Source: a virus
Taxonomy: Duplodnaviria; Caudoviricetes
IMG/VR virus record: IMGVR_UViG_3300027969_000214
Span: 1 to 37,800 of that record
Direction: 5' to 3' (one strand)
DNA: 37,800 bases
The notes below the pieces were generated by a model. The model searched no databases and was not told where the DNA came from. It saw only the letters and a program-made list of their open reading frames with translations. The first letter of the stretch is position 1, and the number at the start of each line of letters is the position of its first letter. A program made the position numbers and the translations under genes. Of the stretch, positions 35,001 to 37,800 are shown in pieces.

Positions 35001-37486
35001 AGAAGGGCTATGCCGAGCGCATAACTAAAGCTTTGAGCGGTGATTCATTCTCTGCATTGCGTGCTGAGGCGTTAAATCGCTACAACCGACTGGCCGACGT
35101 AGATAAAGCTGTGGTTAAGAAGAGGGGCGGCGCGGCCTTGATGGCTGATGAAAGCGCAGAGGCTGGAGCCTTGCAGTCTGACTTAGCCGCAGGGGTTACC
35201 GCATCTGTGTTGGGTGTACACGACCGCAACGGTGGTATCCCTGTGTACGCCAATGGCGTGACCAAAGCCTTCAATGACAATGGGAAGATCAAAGGCCCAG
35301 TGGCTATCTTTGCGCCTTTGTCTAAATACAATGACCCATACATCTACCAGCTTTACCAGTTCTGGGCTGCTGCCCAGCGCGGATCTCGTTTAAACGAACA
35401 AGGCCGTCCCGACATCTTTACTGACGCAGATCTCGTAAAAGCCCAGCAGTTGGAAAAAGACCATCCTGAGTTCCGTCAGATCCAAGCCGAATGGAATGTT
35501 TACAACAACGGCTTGATGCAATTCTTAGTGGACACAGGCGTGTTGTCAGAAGGTGACCGCGCTAGGTTCACTGAGTATTCAGATTACATCCCGTTCTATC
35601 GTCAGATGGAAGGCGAGAAGACCATCGGGCCAAACTTGTTCCAGTCTATTTCTGGTGTCAAGAAGCCTAAGAAGCTCAAAGAGGGCGAAGACAAAGCGCC
35701 TTTGGCTGATTTCTTGGAAACCATTGTCCGTAACACGCAGTCATCTATCCAGATGGGTATGAAGAACGTTGCGGCACAGCGTGCCATCGACAGGGCGTTG
35801 GAAATTGAGATGGCTGAGAAGTTGCCACCCAACTCCAAAGCAGGACTTGACACAGTTCAGGTGCTAGAAAAAGGCCAAGTCGTTACTTATCAAGTAGCTG
35901 ATCACTTGTTCATCAACGCTGTTAAGAGTTTAAACATGCCAGAGTTGCCGTTCATCGGCCTGCTTTCTGGCCCGGCCAACTTTTTGAGGAACATGGTGAC
36001 CAAAGATCCCGGATTTATGTTGGCTAACATGGTTCGAGACTCAATGGCGGCATACGTAACTAGCGGTGTCAAGATGACTCCCATCGCAGATACTGTGTCA
36101 AACTTTGGCAAAGCCATGGCAGGCACATCCCCAGAATTTGAGGCGCTTTTAAACGCTGGTATTGGTGGCGGCTACGAGTTCTCTCAGAACATTGAGATGA
36201 GCGCCAAGGCGTTTGAGAAAGAGCTTAATAAAAAGTACGAAGGCAAGACGTTGTTCCAACGCATCTTGAATCCAATGAGCGCACCTACAGCTTTGTGGGA
36301 AGCTTTGGAAAAAGGTACAACTGCGTCTGACATGGCGACAAGGATGGAGGTGTATAAACGCACCTTAGCCGAGACTAACAACGAGGCAGAAGCTCTGCAC
36401 CGCGCCCTTGAGGTGATGAACTTTAACCGCAAAGGTAGCTCTCCGGTCATCCGTATTCTGACTGCGGCCATCCCGTTCTTAAACGCCCGTATGCAGGGTC
36501 TGGACGTGCTCTATAGAGCGTCGTTTGGCGAGATGAATAACAAAGATGCGGCCATGATTCAGAAACGTTTCATTGTCCGTGGCCTGACCATGGCCGCTCT
36601 GTCAGCCATGTACTGGACGCTGACTCATGATGACGATGAGTACAAGAAACAAGAACAGGAAACCAAAGACAACAACTGGCTTGTCCCATCCTTGGGCATC
36701 AAGATCCCAATCCCGTTTGAGATTGGTGTGATCTTCAAGGTGATCCCTGAGCGGATTATGGCTTTGACCTTAGGCCAAGACACAAACAAAGACTTCATGG
36801 ACTCTATGGCTAGGAATCTGCGTTCAACACTGGCCATTGACTACTTGCCACAGGCTATCAAGCCTTTTGTGGAGACAGAGACTAACTTCTCCCTGTTTAC
36901 ACGCAGACCTATTGTTGGCCAAGGTTTAGAAGGCGTTGCCCCGGAGTACCAAGTTGGCCCCGGAACATCGTCTGCCGCCGCCGCTTTAGGTTCTCAATTA
37001 GGCATGTCGCCCATGAAGATCGACCACTTGATTCAGGGCTACACCGGAACAATGGGCATGTACATGGTCAGCGCCTTGGACGGAATCATGAACATGAATG
37101 CCGAGAACCCTAATGCGTCTAAACGCTTTGAGCAGTTGCCATTCATCAAACGCTTTGCGCTGGATCCAGAGGCCAGAGGTACAGTCACCAGCTACTACGA
37201 TTTGAAGAACGCCACAGATGAAGTGGTCAGAACATCAAGCTTGCTTGAGCGCACCATGAACTTTGAGGAACGTAACAAGTTCATGAAGGAAAACATCAAG
37301 ATGCTTGCCACTAAAGATTACATCCTAGACCTTGAGAAGACCATGAAAGAGTTCCGTCAGGCTCAGGTCATGATCCGTAGTTCCAAGATGGATGCGGATG
37401 CCAAGCGAGATGCGCTCCTAAGAATCAACCAAGCTCAGAATGCCTTGACGGCTAATATCAACTTCCTCAAGTCGAACATAATGTGA
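29066..37486 (+). CDS. Giant polyvalent ejection protein: HExxH metallopeptidase-like, ART-like, GP88-like, ART-like, ART-PolyVal-like and LPD38-like domains
   Basis: RHEALH..EEAIAEAF; TCPQSGICEDLC..RLNVTSD..FYDYTK; RLYHQT; TPEFKQFFAGSKVV..MYHGT..GFYFT..VYLSIKNP..GYDG; IKIPIPFEIG..PQAIKPFVE. Confidence 0.75.
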   Translation: MAIYQYTAPDGHKYRVEAPEGATDQQVYGLVVQNYPYAGQTTKELEETKRAPSTIKDIGLGGLGALAGGIQGLTNIAGVDNPVSKGLGSIQQYAQENLSPARQEELAIQGELESRAQGTGLANEVGTGIRRFTQAPVQGTVNALLGSAPIIAAGFIPGGQAAAGASLGARVLAGARGATGIGGLMGVGGQKGQDYEAVKQALLDKGLDPAIAEQRALEASAYSLQNAPRQLLAGGAGAMEGMFGVEQALANAAKKVSKSTGAAALDAPTFKRAVGTSVLGEGVPEAIQAGVGQIGTNVALNQSGINTDLTEGLAGTVAHDALVGSVLGLAVSPVQMSNLQREYKQSKADEQARKQAETDAQIQAATQKAEAERAVLQKQTDDIQKQMEQQQAIALPAPAEEIPVEEVQTDPLKNPLGNIRKSEVPFDIYKQIDEYRKGAGLPKLKEYSIEDFVDSMPGQNPKAEQGLLDELITAKSGYAGEKYTAQDILNQAKLKNVDTSTKGFKDFLARTTGASALEQMSQPQLHAAFKALNNLPASEGLNILPEGTNARRFDEKQYDKAIKGVDFLLAELGVPVDPKEVIKTIKEYTNLTEDSHAGAILDTAIKNGDVDLIKTPRYEIYDPKTGTALPSTYTSRTAARAAAAKRGLNVRQITTDAIAAPATSATLPEGFDIREGAFKEGEAPAGYDVLAGEEVLFKANTVEEANAKKDSFERTRAGMANARENQITQLNNAIEASQKRLTTMEAQGKGQTTGYQKAAGKHAKLVADTQAKIAALTEEIKKFDPKVTALAVKPTGTKAIGRKGYTVFEQGQARATYPSRQAAEEGILADMDEKQLQELTQQQGRRAVGKKAQAELERRTAPKPTEGKPVSEVLEGIETEAKAAKAKAEAAKETPGLKEKMAAVEAQLKPILKKFGLGDVKLNLVEKLDSEGSYNENLIKIALEEKEPVRILRHEALHALKDLNFFTPQQWNALERMAKSDWTDKYLKKKIVEHKGKRMSAYDAYVDIYNNDMAKVTEEAIAEAFADFANNKPPAGMLAALLKRLNDFFTALRNALNGAGFQTYEDVFGKIERGELSQKPSAWKANDKVKDDAVKYSMKFGIDPYTSEGQINVPLDGDNTRFSIKQPYDQKKLSKDETLKNDPITGLPLNANGTVTLYYPTTNESARDLAETRKLKGHSPTANRIYLTNESSSAAITNKPGMIDQPVGGANVLLQVDPSVIHLLEEHSDGRKDFFIPIAEGKAFEKKMAQTKLFTLNAPRTKGLHPDRTLKQVTTAVNDAATKWANSSAADRRIMARNAKDVLRAEHNISRLFGANSKLEKTNIGEYGLTYNGKKVMSTGLGFASAQKINDEQRATTCPQSGICEDLCLGETSGQNLLYGGEGQWRSGPRLSQYLKTEALVVNPEAFAIAMIKQIESFRKAARDLDYHPAIRLNVTSDFNPSTFENIINMFPDVTFYDYTKLDTKPIAPNHHLTYSSTGASQVVDKKTIFNKFSNWDRMVDKILPSGRNVAMAFTSRSSMPKFVKDERTGKTFEVWNGDEYDARFLDPVKEGGDGLIIGLTNKDNTTKPEDAAEKHNGFFLDYDPERDGDTLVIPNQEKLKGDQGQPVTFSKKPRFSLRSVPPEPGTEPIPQGMVRLYHQTDGQSLDKIAKEGLSIKYAKGIEGPKAIYAGEQPFYGAADSRPTLEFFVPKAQWDAPFVLEDVKPEQIIAAHYPWHKTARYLESEPQSMQSALDGQYDDLKDPDTSKAVEYIKEKYSKTDERMSLRDAPETPEFKQFFAGSKVVNEDGSPKIMYHGTNKDFNEFVIAEKANRTGMPDGFYFTSDIDDANRYAKGEGANVIPVYLSIKNPFNLGEKNKISKEMVMQFRDELRADNPDLPFSWIQEKVAIFKENTAAGRFPFPSISFPTAAMQRVFEVGGYDGLIDGGRVFVAFNSNQVKSAIGNTGAYSKYNPDVRYSLRESTDPDTVSRVNATTTTREEKGYAERITKALSGDSFSALRAEALNRYNRLADVDKAVVKKRGGAALMADESAEAGALQSDLAAGVTASVLGVHDRNGGIPVYANGVTKAFNDNGKIKGPVAIFAPLSKYNDPYIYQLYQFWAAAQRGSRLNEQGRPDIFTDADLVKAQQLEKDHPEFRQIQAEWNVYNNGLMQFLVDTGVLSEGDRARFTEYSDYIPFYRQMEGEKTIGPNLFQSISGVKKPKKLKEGEDKAPLADFLETIVRNTQSSIQMGMKNVAAQRAIDRALEIEMAEKLPPNSKAGLDTVQVLEKGQVVTYQVADHLFINAVKSLNMPELPFIGLLSGPANFLRNMVTKDPGFMLANMVRDSMAAYVTSGVKMTPIADTVSNFGKAMAGTSPEFEALLNAGIGGGYEFSQNIEMSAKAFEKELNKKYEGKTLFQRILNPMSAPTALWEALEKGTTASDMATRMEVYKRTLAETNNEAEALHRALEVMNFNRKGSSPVIRILTAAIPFLNARMQGLDVLYRASFGEMNNKDAAMIQKRFIVRGLTMAALSAMYWTLTHDDDEYKKQEQETKDNNWLVPSLGIKIPIPFEIGVIFKVIPERIMALTLGQDTNKDFMDSMARNLRSTLAIDYLPQAIKPFVETETNFSLFTRRPIVGQGLEGVAPEYQVGPGTSSAAAALGSQLGMSPMKIDHLIQGYTGTMGMYMVSALDGIMNMNAENPNASKRFEQLPFIKRFALDPEARGTVTSYYDLKNATDEVVRTSSLLERTMNFEERNKFMKENIKMLATKDYILDLEKTMKEFRQAQVMIRSSKMDADAKRDALLRINQAQNALTANINFLKSNIM

Positions 37487-37760
37487 GATGACCCCGCTCG
37501 AATAACCATCCAATGGTTCCTCGGTGGGCTTCATCCCATGCCGCAAACCTAGCCGATTTGGTCATGTCTTTGCCTTGGTCTATCTTCATGTGGCACACAT
37601 AGCACAAGGCCGCAATCCGATAGTCGTGAGCCTTGATGCCCATCCCCTTGCCATCGCGTTGTTGATTGGAGTGAGCGGCTACCACTGTCCCATCCTCAGT
37701 CCCGCATCTCTGACAAGGGCACTGCCTGACAAGGTCAAGCAGTTTCCTATTCCGGTACAT
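37467..37760 (-). CDS. Zn-binding HNH-like putative nuclease (YbcO/DUF1364-like)
   Basis: RNRKLL..CPCQRCG..VVAAHSN..GKGMGIKAHD..AALCYVCH..ID. Confidence 0.75.
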   Translation of the reverse strand: MYRNRKLLDLVRQCPCQRCGTEDGTVVAAHSNQQRDGKGMGIKAHDYRIAALCYVCHMKIDQGKDMTKSARFAAWDEAHRGTIGWLFERGHLTLCST

Positions 37761-37800
37761 CTTGCTTGCTTATAAATTCAATGTAGTTAGCAATCTCTTT
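37747..37800 (-). CDS. 3' end of an upstream minus-strand gene (partial)
   Basis: Reads KEIANYIEFISKQDVPE* and overlaps the start of 37467..37760. Confidence 0.4.
   Translation of the reverse strand, partial: KEIANYIEFISKQDVPE

Larger units (their letters stand above)
570..35935. repeat. Dispersed 8-bp palindrome GTTTAAAC (at least 24 copies)
   Basis: Starts at 570, 1406, 2931, 3102, 3905, 4725, 5192, 15364, 15554, 17438, 17890, 21668, 25794, 26391, 28237, 28591, 29872, 30684, 31005, 32196, 33360, 34384, 35388, 35928. Confidence 0.9.
1..37800 (+). mobile_element. Tailed bacteriophage genome segment (structural and lysis module, podovirus-like)
   Basis: Co-oriented abutting genes (ATGA/TAATG overlaps, TAAGGAG stop-plus-SD junctions) encoding lysozyme, holin, adaptor-, nozzle-, fibre- and ejection-type proteins. 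No host housekeeping genes. Confidence 0.95.

Noticed and set aside
570-35935. GTTTAAAC copies as CRISPR repeats, integron attC cores or PmeI cloning scars
   Set aside because: Only 8 bp, irregularly spaced (about 170 bp to 10 kb), does not fit GTTRRRY, and lies in-frame within intact genes.
29066-37486. Intein or virion RNA polymerase in the giant protein
   Set aside because: No intein splice-junction or LAGLIDADG motifs and no polymerase catalytic motifs recognised.
1-37800. tRNA, ncRNA, promoters or intrinsic terminators
   Set aside because: Intergenic gaps are about 12 bp or less, and no convincing cloverleaf, -35/-10 pair or hairpin-polyU was identified.

Overview
This window is the late (virion morphogenesis and lysis) region of a tailed dsDNA phage, most likely podovirus-type and resembling uncultured freshwater phages of proteobacteria (inference). 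About 38 tightly packed + strand genes run in this order: a 5'-truncated GT-A glycosyltransferase, small basic proteins, two head-tail adaptor-like proteins, a tail-fibre/Gly-rich receptor-binding block, a lysis block (T4-T-like membrane protein, 3-TM holin, GH24 lysozyme), a P22 gp10-like nozzle, four internal/ejection proteins and a 2806-aa polyvalent protein. The window ends with a convergent YbcO/DUF1364-like nuclease gene. No tRNA, rRNA or CRISPR array was seen. Four signals stand out. (1) At least 24 exact copies of the palindrome GTTTAAAC (about 0.6 expected by chance) occur in all three reading frames, five at gene junctions, and none in the ~10 kb fibre block. (2) A recurring [FYML]-x-x-G-G peptide tag and an RADGxAxKGKT tag are shared by otherwise unrelated proteins and bracket variable cargo, including a segment resembling a mini outer-membrane beta-barrel. 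(3) A three-gene cluster resembles T4 lysis inhibition. (4) The polyvalent protein carries a GP88-like Cys-triad domain and three ART-like domains separated by [RK][FYM]S[LIM][RK] linkers. All family assignments come from motifs recognised by eye, not from database searches.
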